Source: a virus
Lineage: Duplodnaviria > Heunggongvirae > Uroviricota > Caudoviricetes
Virus record (IMG/VR): IMGVR_UViG_3300048672_000527
Coordinates: 1 to 36,769 of that record
DNA length: 36,769 nucleotides
Strand: one strand, 5' to 3'
Part shown: positions 1-8,342 of the stretch, piece by piece
Position numbering within the stretch: position 1 is the first letter of the stretch
Layout: each line of letters opens with the position of its first letter
Translations under genes and position numbers: made by a program
The notes under the pieces: generated by a model
Databases searched by the model: none
What the model saw: the letters and a program-made list of their open reading frames with translations, nothing else
Told to the model about the DNA's origin: nothing

Positions 1-204
1 ATGCATGACCGTGAGGATACAATCCTTCGATATAATGAGTCCCCCGTAAAAGTCCGTAAACAGTTGATTAGGCAAATCATCCGCTGGGTCCGTAATTACG
101 ATCAACTAAATAGTAGATATGGAGGGGAACCATGTCTGACGAAAATAAAAAGTGGGATGCTAAATCCACAATTGCTACATTCATCGCAATCTGCACAATC
201 GTAG
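1..204 (+). CDS. Probable C-terminal part of an upstream hypothetical protein (5' end may lie outside the window)
   Basis: Frame 1 is open from base 1, while the other + frames stop early. It overlaps the next gene by 73 nt, so the call is weak. Confidence 0.3.
   Translation: MHDREDTILRYNESPVKVRKQLIRQIIRWVRNYDQLNSRYGGEPCLTKIKSGMLNPQLLHSSQSAQS
105..112 (+). promoter_or_regulatory. T4-type late promoter variant (ACTAAATA)
   Basis: xxTAAATA just upstream of the GGAGG RBS and the ATG at 132. Confidence 0.5.
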
Positions 205-497
205 GAACACTGTTCACGGTTGATGCCCGTTACGTCCATGCGGAAGACGCCAAAAAAGAAGTGGCGGCGACTTCCCAACGGATTGACGAAACAAAGAAAA
301 CAATCAAAGATACTCAGATTTTGGTTCAACAGACCACGACGAATTTACGTCGTTCTCTAATTGAGGACAAACTGTTTGAATTAGATGCAAAAAATGCCCA
401 GCGTAAGCTTGATCCAGTAGAATTTGCAATGAAAGAACGCTGGAAACGTCAGTTGGCAGAAATGGATGCACAACAAAAGAATGACACTAATAAATAA
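132..497 (+). CDS. Hypothetical membrane protein (one N-terminal TM helix plus coiled coil)
   Basis: GGAGG RBS; hydrophobic IATFIAICTIVGTLFTV followed by a heptad-like charged region. Confidence 0.8.
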   Translation: MSDENKKWDAKSTIATFIAICTIVGTLFTVDARYVHAEDAKKEVAATSQRIDETKKTIKDTQILVQQTTTNLRRSLIEDKLFELDAKNAQRKLDPVEFAMKERWKRQLAEMDAQQKNDTNK

Positions 498-526
498 TGT
501 TGTAATACTTTATTGATTGGTAACCC

Positions 527-1060
527 ATGAGTTTTAAACAATATATCAACGAATTTGTGCGCAAGGGTGTTTGGGAGCACCTGCTAACCAAAGATAAATC
601 AGAGTACAGTAAGGATTTGATTAATCTAGTAGATAACGCATATAAACACACAAGTCTTGGGTCGTTTGTTAAATCTGTAAACGACGTTAAGAACTCCGAG
701 TGGTTGGTACTTGACTATACGGATAATCCACACTTAGATATCGCTATTTTTTATCGAGGGCCGCGTGCTGATGAGCACTGGAAAGGTAAGAAAATCCAAG
801 GTGTCGGACACGATGGTACACCGGTCAGTAAAGTTAAGCTGATGGCCGAGTTAAATAAAGTTCTGCAACAAAAAGGTTTTTGGATTGAAGCATCCGAACG
901 TATGGAAGGCGCTCTGCGTAAAAGTGGTGCTCATGTTCAAAAAGATGGTCTCAATAAAATATTCTCTGGTATAATCAAAATAAACGATGATGGCAGTTAT
1001 GTTCGTGATATCAACGGTGAACATTCCAAAGAAACTATTTTCGGACACCCTATAGTATGA
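527..1060 (+). CDS. Putative capsid-internal protein with a CTS-like N-terminus, function unknown
   Basis: Starts MSFKQYINE (compare T4 capsid-targeting sequence MKTYQEFIAE). AATAAATA late-promoter variant at 489-496. Confidence 0.75.
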   Translation: MSFKQYINEFVRKGVWEHLLTKDKSEYSKDLINLVDNAYKHTSLGSFVKSVNDVKNSEWLVLDYTDNPHLDIAIFYRGPRADEHWKGKKIQGVGHDGTPVSKVKLMAELNKVLQQKGFWIEASERMEGALRKSGAHVQKDGLNKIFSGIIKINDDGSYVRDINGEHSKETIFGHPIV

Positions 1061-2280
1061 GTTTTAAACAATATCTACAAGAAGCACAGGTTAATGCGCA
1101 CATGACGCACATTAGTGATCTGGTGTTCATTGCTGGTGTTGATGGCACACGAAAGGCTGTTAACTATTTGCGCGATTTGCGTAATATGTTCGGCCACACT
1201 CAGCGCAATGTTTACACCGTCAAGTTTGACGGAGCACCCGCCATCATCTGTGGTATTGATCCAACTGACGGGAAGTTCTTTGTCGCTAAGAAGGGTATAT
1301 TCAATAAAAATCCAAAGGTCTACAAGACACAAGCTGATATTGATGCAGATTTAAGTGGTGAGTTGGCAGAGAAATTCACTATACTTTTAAGAGAATTGCC
1401 TTCACTTGGAATCAAATCGGGAATTTATCAAGGCGATTTGATGTTTACACACGATGATCTGAAAACAGAAACGATTGATGGACAAGAAATGGTTGTGTTT
1501 CACCCAAATACAATAGCGTATGCTGTGCCAAAGGACAGTGAGCTTGGTGCTAAGATTATGCGCGCCAAAATAGGTATGGTGTTTCACACAACATACACGG
1601 GTAATAACTTTGCTAATCTAAAAGCGAACTTCGGAAAAGACATAGTTCATAAATTTGCCAAAACCGATAATGTCTGGGCTATTGATGCCACACTGAATAA
1701 TCAGACCGCAAATTTTACTTTATCAGCTGCCGATTATGCAATGACCGAATTCCTTTTGAAGGATATTGGTCTTCAGTTCCAAAAGATTCCAAGTGCATTG
1801 CTGAATCAGTTCTCTCGCAATGAAGAGATGCGCGATGTGGTTTTGATCTATATTAACTCACTAGTGCGTCAGAATATCAAGGATATTAATCCGGTTGATA
1901 TGTCTCGCGGATTTCATAAGTTCATTAATGATCGTTATGAAAAGGAAATCGCAAAGCGTAAGACTCATGCTGCACAAAGTGCGTTAAATGATAAGCGTCT
2001 TCAAGCATTAGGAATTCTGCACGTATTCTCGGATGAGCAATGGGCTTCTGTATTTGAATTGGCCAAGAGTATTGACCTGCTTAAGGATATTCTTTTAACT
2101 AAAATGCGTAAGGTCGGTGGACTAAGTCACTTTATCCGTACAAGTGACGGATTCAGAGTTACAAATCCAGAGGGGTTTGTGGCTATTAACACATCTGGTG
2201 AAGCTATTAAACTGGTAGATCGTTTTGAATTTTCTACAAGTAACTTCGATCCAAGAGTAATTAAAGGGTGGCAACGATGA
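1057..2280 (+). CDS. DUF6267-like protein with ATP-dependent ligase/covalent nucleotidyltransferase motifs; CTS-like N-terminus
   Basis: Motifs in ligase order: TVKFDG (I), QGDLMF (III), VFHT (IIIa), EGFV (IV), KLVD (V). Starts MSFKQYLQE. ATGA overlap with the upstream gene. Confidence 0.75.
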   Translation: MSFKQYLQEAQVNAHMTHISDLVFIAGVDGTRKAVNYLRDLRNMFGHTQRNVYTVKFDGAPAIICGIDPTDGKFFVAKKGIFNKNPKVYKTQADIDADLSGELAEKFTILLRELPSLGIKSGIYQGDLMFTHDDLKTETIDGQEMVVFHPNTIAYAVPKDSELGAKIMRAKIGMVFHTTYTGNNFANLKANFGKDIVHKFAKTDNVWAIDATLNNQTANFTLSAADYAMTEFLLKDIGLQFQKIPSALLNQFSRNEEMRDVVLIYINSLVRQNIKDINPVDMSRGFHKFINDRYEKEIAKRKTHAAQSALNDKRLQALGILHVFSDEQWASVFELAKSIDLLKDILLTKMRKVGGLSHFIRTSDGFRVTNPEGFVAINTSGEAIKLVDRFEFSTSNFDPRVIKGWQR

Positions 2281-3188
2281 CTGCTAATACAGTATTATCA
2301 GACATCAATGAAATACAAACAGGCTACTTTGTAAATGGTGGCAAATGGTATTCATCTGATGCAAAACAAGCATTTGAGGCACGGGTTAAACAAGCAAAGC
2401 CAGAAGAAGTTGCCGATGCTATTGGTAAAGCACAGGTAATGGCAGAAGAGTTTATCATCTGGGCAAAGCGGAATGGATATTCTGGAACAGTTAAAGAAGT
2501 TTGGTGGACGGCGCGACCTGGCGAGTTGGCACGTGCTTCTAAATCAGATGCCGATTCTAGAAAGAACCCTACCGACATTCTTGTTCTGTTCACATCTGGA
2601 CCAGCTAATGGTTTTCTAGGATTATCAGCGAAAGCAACTAAAACCAATGGTGAAATTGGATTTAAAAACCCAGGGCTTGGTACTATTGACAAAGCACTGA
2701 ACATTGATATTCAACGAGAGTATAAGAATCAAGAAGCGCAGTTAATCAAAAAATACAAACTACCAGAATCATCACAAACTCGAAAAGAGCATATTCGTGC
2801 CAACTCGGGTATTAAAGTTCAAACAGAGGCTATAGGTGTACAAATTTTGGCGGCCATGCGTGATGTGTTGATGCACAAACTACTATCACTAAAGCAAGGT
2901 GAGTTGCTAAAACATCTATTAGAAAACTGGATGGATGCTGATTTACTTTATCCACCATATATTAAGGTCACTGGTCAAGGGAATAAAGCTCCATATAAGG
3001 CTGTGACCATGGACCCAACGAATAATCCAAAATTAGATGCACTACGTAAAGGCCCCATCAAACTTGAAAAGGTTGGTAATGAGTCTATTGGTGTATCAGC
3101 TGGCGGTAAGAAAATAATGAAAATGCGATTCAAATTTGAATCTGAAAAGATGGCATCCTCAGTTAAAATGTCGGGAGACCCGTGGTGA
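2277..3188 (+). CDS. PD-(D/E)xK-like (restriction-endonuclease-fold) nuclease, possibly mobile
   Basis: INE helix ... NPTDILV ... GLSAK catalytic-like pattern. Start placed at the ATGA overlap (2277). Confidence 0.55.
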   Translation: MTANTVLSDINEIQTGYFVNGGKWYSSDAKQAFEARVKQAKPEEVADAIGKAQVMAEEFIIWAKRNGYSGTVKEVWWTARPGELARASKSDADSRKNPTDILVLFTSGPANGFLGLSAKATKTNGEIGFKNPGLGTIDKALNIDIQREYKNQEAQLIKKYKLPESSQTRKEHIRANSGIKVQTEAIGVQILAAMRDVLMHKLLSLKQGELLKHLLENWMDADLLYPPYIKVTGQGNKAPYKAVTMDPTNNPKLDALRKGPIKLEKVGNESIGVSAGGKKIMKMRFKFESEKMASSVKMSGDPW

Positions 3189-3766
3189 GCCTAAAAGACT
3201 ATATCAAAGAATCAAAAAGCAACGGTATTGTTGCGGCATTTGGTCGTATGAATCCACCAACCAACGGCCACGGACTTTTAGTTCAGTCTGTTCTGCGTTA
3301 TGCCCGCCAGTATAAGTGCGATCACGTGATTTACTTGTCTCGCAGTCAAGATAAAAAGAAGAATCCACTATCTATTGTCAAGAAACTATTTTGGGTCAAG
3401 AAGATGTTTCCAGGTGTTAGATTTGTGGGAGCGGATGAACACACGCGGACATTCATCGAAATGGTGATTGAATTAAACCACACATATGACACTCTTTATC
3501 TTGTGGCAGGCTCCGACCGCATACCAGAATATAAAAAGTTACTTGATAAATATAACGGGAAAGATTTTAATTACAAGAAAATTGAAGTACTCTCGGCAGG
3601 TGAGCGCGATCCGGATTCAGATGATGCTTCCGGTATGAGTGCTACTAAAATGCGTGAATATGCCAAGAACAATGATATATCTAATTTTAGAAAAGGATTA
3701 CCCGAAACAGTGCAATCTCAAGCGGCGCATATTATCGCCGATGTTCGCTCTGGTATGGGATTATAA
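3185..3766 (+). CDS. (T/H)xGH-family nucleotidyltransferase (phage 'cytidyltransferase'; NMNAT/PPAT-like); CTS-like N-terminus
   Basis: FGRMNPPTNGH, VAGSDR and MSATKMR motifs. GGAG RBS favours the GTG at 3185, giving MSLKDYIKES. Confidence 0.85.
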   Translation: MSLKDYIKESKSNGIVAAFGRMNPPTNGHGLLVQSVLRYARQYKCDHVIYLSRSQDKKKNPLSIVKKLFWVKKMFPGVRFVGADEHTRTFIEMVIELNHTYDTLYLVAGSDRIPEYKKLLDKYNGKDFNYKKIEVLSAGERDPDSDDASGMSATKMREYAKNNDISNFRKGLPETVQSQAAHIIADVRSGMGL

Positions 3767-3768
3767 TT

Positions 3769-5478
3769 ATGCAGTTTAAAGAATTCATTAACCGCAACAA
3801 AAATGTAGCACAAGCATCCGTCGCCCGTCGTATTTCTTCTGCCATTCAGGTGACAGAAGAACGTAATGCATTCTATAACGGTGAATTGTTCAAAAAGTAT
3901 GATTTGGTAGAATCAGATGGTAAACAGTATCGAATTATTGAACAATGCAGTAATTACTACCAAGTCGTTAATGAATCAGGTGAAGTTAGTCGTAAGTTTG
4001 CCAAGCAGTTAAACAAACTACCGTTTACTGATATACAGATAGAAAATAATCAATTCCATGGTTACAAGATAGTAACCGAGGAAGCACAAAAGTATTTTGC
4101 TAAGACATTCTTTGTCGAAGCTATTGATAATGACGATGTTGGAATCCTTAAAACAATAAAAGAACTAGATGAATCTATGTCAAATCAATACCAAAACAAA
4201 GACAAACTAACAGTAGCTAAAATCATCGCGGATACACTTGGTGTAAAACACGATGCTATTTCAAGCCCGGATAATCTAGTTAATCAGGCAATTGCAAAGG
4301 CAAAGAAGGATTCCGTTCTGATGAAGAACAAAGAACTCATTGCCAATATGATTGAAATTGCACGTGAAGTTGGCATTAAAGTGTCGGATAAGACATTTAC
4401 CGTTACAGAGGAAACGAAGTTCAAGGCTGGCGATAAGATTAAATCAATTTACGGAACACATCACACAGTAGCGGTCCATGATCACACTGGTCAGGTTACA
4501 ATGACGGATGGTAAAGTATTTCACCCAACAAAGGTTAAGTTGGCTGAATCTCTGGACGAGGGTCTTGATAGTCAACAAATCGAGATTAAAGCAAAAGAAC
4601 TCGCCAAAGGTGGTCCAATTACACGTGGCCATCGCGCTGCTGCACGTCGACACTTACGTCATTTGGTTGGTGATCGTAATATTAAAGAATCTGAAGATTT
4701 AGATGAGTCGGATGTGGTCCGTCCTGGGCCAAATGGTAAGACAATGATCAGTGCCGAGAAACTATTATCCAAGGCTCGTGAATTTGCAATTGCAGATGGC
4801 GGGAAACAAAAGAATGGCAAGGTTCTAGTCACACCAGAGCACAAGGCCAAGGCACGAGCTCATATCCTGAGTCAGAATGAGTCAACTCATAACGAACACA
4901 CATCTAAACACAAGCCGCACAAATCCGTCGACTGTAGTGAAATCTTAAAGTATCTGACTTCTGCTTATCGTGAAATCACTCAGGATGTTGATAATGGTAT
5001 CTCTGCGGATGGTAAGCACACAATCCAGATGATGTATAATAGCTGGCGCTATGATCTAATGAATGATGATTTTGCAGAATTTGAGAAATCATATGACCGT
5101 TGGGCTGCTAAGCATGTTGATGCATTTGATTATTTTGTGGACATTGTATTTGAAAAGGCTAAACTAGGACACCATGGGACATACGAGCAATTCTTAAAGG
5201 TATGTGAATCCGTCGAAAATAATGCCGAACCTTTAGAAGAACTTTCTATCCCAACGCTGAAGACATACTCACAGTTGGCAAAGAAAGATGCTAGTAAACT
5301 AGTTGCTTCCGCCGGGAAGACAAAGAATATTGATAATGCGCACGCTAAACTGGATAAAGCCGGGAAGCGTCTTGACGGCGCCAAATTGGCAGATAAAAAG
5401 GCTTTCGCAAAAGACTGGAAGCACCGCACAGGGCAGAATGAGGATGTCTCGTTCTCGACATTCTTAAATGCTGAATAA
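3769..5478 (+). CDS. Putative internal head polyprotein: small domains separated by (L/I/V)xE linkers
   Basis: MQFKEFIN start; linkers VTEE, ELDES, LAESLDEG, IKESEDLDES, PLEE; SH3-like modules; C-terminal SFSTFLNAE. Confidence 0.65.
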   Translation: MQFKEFINRNKNVAQASVARRISSAIQVTEERNAFYNGELFKKYDLVESDGKQYRIIEQCSNYYQVVNESGEVSRKFAKQLNKLPFTDIQIENNQFHGYKIVTEEAQKYFAKTFFVEAIDNDDVGILKTIKELDESMSNQYQNKDKLTVAKIIADTLGVKHDAISSPDNLVNQAIAKAKKDSVLMKNKELIANMIEIAREVGIKVSDKTFTVTEETKFKAGDKIKSIYGTHHTVAVHDHTGQVTMTDGKVFHPTKVKLAESLDEGLDSQQIEIKAKELAKGGPITRGHRAAARRHLRHLVGDRNIKESEDLDESDVVRPGPNGKTMISAEKLLSKAREFAIADGGKQKNGKVLVTPEHKAKARAHILSQNESTHNEHTSKHKPHKSVDCSEILKYLTSAYREITQDVDNGISADGKHTIQMMYNSWRYDLMNDDFAEFEKSYDRWAAKHVDAFDYFVDIVFEKAKLGHHGTYEQFLKVCESVENNAEPLEELSIPTLKTYSQLAKKDASKLVASAGKTKNIDNAHAKLDKAGKRLDGAKLADKKAFAKDWKHRTGQNEDVSFSTFLNAE

Positions 5479-5941
5479 TTTAGATGCAGAAACCATAATT
5501 CTAGCAATAGCAAGCCTACTAATGGTGGGCATGCTCGTATATTGGCACTTTGATTCAAAGACATCGATTGATATTCGTAGTGCCTTCACCAAAAATGGTG
5601 AGTTTTCTCTAATGAAATTTGGCCAGCTAATAGCACTGGCAGTTTCTACTTGGATTATCATTTACCAGACAAGAAATAATCGGTTAACAGACTGGCTCTT
5701 CACCGGTTATATGATTGCTTGGAGTGGCGCAAATCTAATTCAAAATTACATGAATCGCGGTTCTACACCACCTTATGGCGGAAGTTCCTATAGTGGATCA
5801 AATTATAATCCTTCGGCTTATAATTCTGGCCCAACATACACCCCGCCGACAATGAATCAGCAGGATGAGCCGCCACTAACCCCGGGTGAAACAGAAGTCA
5901 AGAAACCTTTGGACTTTAGATCACTCCGCAAAAACCGCTAA
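5468..5941 (+). CDS. Membrane protein with about 3 TM segments and a low-complexity tail; holin candidate
   Basis: Three hydrophobic stretches, a Ser/Tyr/Pro-rich tail and a basic C-terminus. The holin role is inference. Confidence 0.55.
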   Translation: MLNNLDAETIILAIASLLMVGMLVYWHFDSKTSIDIRSAFTKNGEFSLMKFGQLIALAVSTWIIIYQTRNNRLTDWLFTGYMIAWSGANLIQNYMNRGSTPPYGGSSYSGSNYNPSAYNSGPTYTPPTMNQQDEPPLTPGETEVKKPLDFRSLRKNR

Positions 5942-5944
5942 ATA
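5927..5944 (+). promoter_or_regulatory. Late promoter variant within an 18-nt element CGCAAAAACCGCTAAATA (copy 1)
   Basis: Identical 18-mer at 21450-21467; both copies precede an RBS and a late gene. Confidence 0.6.
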
Positions 5945-5964
5945 CTTCTTTACGGAGCATAATC

Positions 5965-6156
5965 ATGGCACTTATTTTTACAACAAAAGGTGAAATTGAG
6001 GAATCTCTTTTGGTTAAAACCGAAGGTGGATACGAAAATGAAACAGAAATCCAAAAGTGGCAAGAATGGCACTTGGATGGGGAATTGGTTAAACGAGATG
6101 TACAGTTGCACTTGAAGCAAGGTATTTTTGGTTTACCAGAAGCAGCAACACTTTAA
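5965..6156 (+). CDS. Small hypothetical protein
   Basis: GGAG RBS; fills the gap between genes. Confidence 0.75.
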   Translation: MALIFTTKGEIEESLLVKTEGGYENETEIQKWQEWHLDGELVKRDVQLHLKQGIFGLPEAATL

Positions 6157-6171
6157 TAAAGAGGATATCAC

Positions 6172-6630
6172 ATGGCCAATACGCAAAGCATGGCAACATC
6201 ATTCAAGCAAGACCTACTAAATGGTCTGCACGCATTCGGTACATCTGTAGTTCGTGGTTCTACAACCGCCGATACATTTAAGGCAGCACTTTACTTACAG
6301 TCTGCTACTGTTAATGCGTCTACTACAGCTTACTCAGCGACGGGTGAAGTATCCGGTACCGGCTATACTGCTGGTGGTGTTGCAGTTACATTTGGTGTAG
6401 CTCCAACCACATCTGGTACAACAGCATTTGTTACACCAAGTGCTTCTATTGTTTACTCTGGTGTCACACTTTCTACTCTGTTTGACGCTGTTCTGATTTA
6501 TAACAACACAGCTACTGGTAAGAATGCAGTATCTGTTCACACATTCACAGCACAAACGATTACAGCTGGAACATTGACATTGACCATGCCGACTAACGAC
6601 AGCACAAATGCGCTGATTCGTTTGTCCTGA
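6172..6630 (+). CDS. Virion structural (tail-associated) beta-rich protein
   Basis: AGAGGA RBS; Thr/Ala/Gly-rich; TSFK..LL...FKAALY...GYTAGG pattern typical of phage tail accessory proteins. Confidence 0.7.
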   Translation: MANTQSMATSFKQDLLNGLHAFGTSVVRGSTTADTFKAALYLQSATVNASTTAYSATGEVSGTGYTAGGVAVTFGVAPTTSGTTAFVTPSASIVYSGVTLSTLFDAVLIYNNTATGKNAVSVHTFTAQTITAGTLTLTMPTNDSTNALIRLS

Positions 6631-6684
6631 GGACAAAAAAACATACTTAAACCTTTAGAATACTAAATACTCTATACTAATAAT

Positions 6685-7662
6685 ATGGGGTATTTTATGT
6701 CTAAACGTCGTGTAATTGATTCAGGTTTCGTTTACATTTGGTTCGATAGAAAACATAAGCGATTTTATATTGGTTCTCATTGGGGATATCCTAGTGATAG
6801 CTATATCTGTTCATCAACGTGGATGAGAGATGCATATAAAAGACGTCCTTCTGATTTTAAACGTAGAATTATTGAGACAATCAATACATCACGCAAAGAT
6901 TTATATGAAGCAGAGTATAAATGGCTTTCTTTGATCAAAGACGGGGAGCTCGGTACTAGATATTATAATCTCCGTAAGTGGCGATATAGTTCTATAGAGT
7001 ACACAAAAGAAATCATTGAGAAACTGGCCATGGTCAACCGGAATAAAACACCTAGTGCAGAAACCATTGCTAAACGTTCTAAATCTCTTAAAGAAACATA
7101 TAGTAAACCAGAGAAAAAACTTCAGCAATCTATTCAGATGAAAGATTACTGGTCTCAGTGCGGTGTAAAGGAGAAACACTCAGATACGATGAAATCCCAA
7201 TGGGCCAATACTGAAAAGCGTGATGCTAGAATTGCTGGATTAATAGAAGCGGCAAATAGACCAGAAGTCAAAGAAAAAATCTCTATAACAACGAAAAAAC
7301 GATGGAAAAATCCGGAGTATCGCCAGAATTATGTTGATAAGAAAACTGGTATGAAGATGCCAGAAAGATCGACTGAATATCTCGAGAAACAAAGCATCAC
7401 TCAAAAAGAACTCTGGTCTTCTGAAGTTTATAAAAAGAAAATGTCTGATGTACATTTAAATTCTGGGGTTGCTATGGAATCTTCTCGCAAGAATATCAAG
7501 AACTGCCACACACCTGAGGCGATTCAACGTAGTAAAGATGTGAAATCTGCAAATAGAGAAGCACGTAAATCTGATCCAGTTTATCAATTACAAATGAAAG
7601 AACAAGCTAGACAGAGAGCACTGAAGCGTTGGCACCCAGAATTGTTTATAAATAATGTATGA
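6685..7662 (+). mobile_element. Free-standing GIY-YIG (Seg-like) homing endonuclease with NUMOD3-like repeats (start may be 6697)
   Basis: GFVYIWFD...FYIGSH, conserved Arg/Glu and YYN; repeated K-x-S...W-x-x-P-E modules. ACTAAATA at 6662-6669. Confidence 0.85.
7647..7654 (+). promoter_or_regulatory. T4 late promoter TATAAATA
   Basis: Exact consensus inside the last codons of the endonuclease gene, just before the ATG at 7659. Confidence 0.65.
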
Positions 7663-8012
7663 CAAAAATAACAGCAGATCGTGTACTAGAAACGTCGGCC
7701 ACAACAGGTACTGGTGCGCTTACTTTGGCAGGTGTAGTCAGTGGGTTTCGAGCATTTTCATCAGTCTGCGCAAACGGTGATACATTTGAGTATTACATTG
7801 AAGCGGTCGATGCTAGTGGTATACCTACAGGTTCGTGGGAAACGGGTCTTGGTTCTTGGAGTACCGGTGGTACTCTAAATCGCGTCACCGTGTATGCTAG
7901 CTCTAATTCAAATGCTCTAGTGTCTTTTGCTGCTGGTACAAAACGTGTCGGATTGACTCTCTTGTCAAAATCAGTAGACATCATCAATCCTTTTCTCTTA
8001 ATGGGTGCTTAA
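7659..8012 (+). CDS. Tail/fibre-associated structural protein
   Basis: ADRVLETSATTGTG...WETGLG...L.R...SSN pattern of phage fibre N-terminal domains. Confidence 0.7.
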   Translation: MTKITADRVLETSATTGTGALTLAGVVSGFRAFSSVCANGDTFEYYIEAVDASGIPTGSWETGLGSWSTGGTLNRVTVYASSNSNALVSFAAGTKRVGLTLLSKSVDIINPFLLMGA

Positions 8013-8342
8013 ATGGCTTTAACGTATAAGGTACTGGGCCAAGTAAATCCAGCAGCAACAACAGATACAACTTTATATACTGTTCCGGCGGCCACTCAAG
8101 CCGTATTGAGTACAATCAATGTCTGTAATCAGGCTAATGCCACGGCAACATTCAGAATTGCCGTAAGACCAGCAGGTGCATCTTTAGTAGCTGCACATTA
8201 TATTGCATACGATGTTACTCTAAATGCATATGATAGTATTGCACTGACTATTGGAATAACACTTTCTACAACCGATGTAATCACTGTCCGCTCAAGCACA
8301 TCTACAGTTTCATTTAATGCCTTTGGTAATGAGGTGTCTTAA
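8013..8342 (+). CDS. Small beta-sandwich virion protein
   Basis: YKVLGQ..P.ATT.TTLYTVP...FG.E pattern; adjacent to the lectin gene. Confidence 0.7.
   Translation: MALTYKVLGQVNPAATTDTTLYTVPAATQAVLSTINVCNQANATATFRIAVRPAGASLVAAHYIAYDVTLNAYDSIALTIGITLSTTDVITVRSSTSTVSFNAFGNEVS

Noticed and set aside
6621-6641. Rho-independent terminator
   Set aside because: The hairpin is followed by an A-run on + and preceded by the U-run on -, so it lacks terminator geometry in either direction.
6685-7662. Group I intron around the GIY-YIG gene
   Set aside because: Flanking genes are complete with their own stop and start codons, and the non-coding flanks are too short for a ribozyme core.
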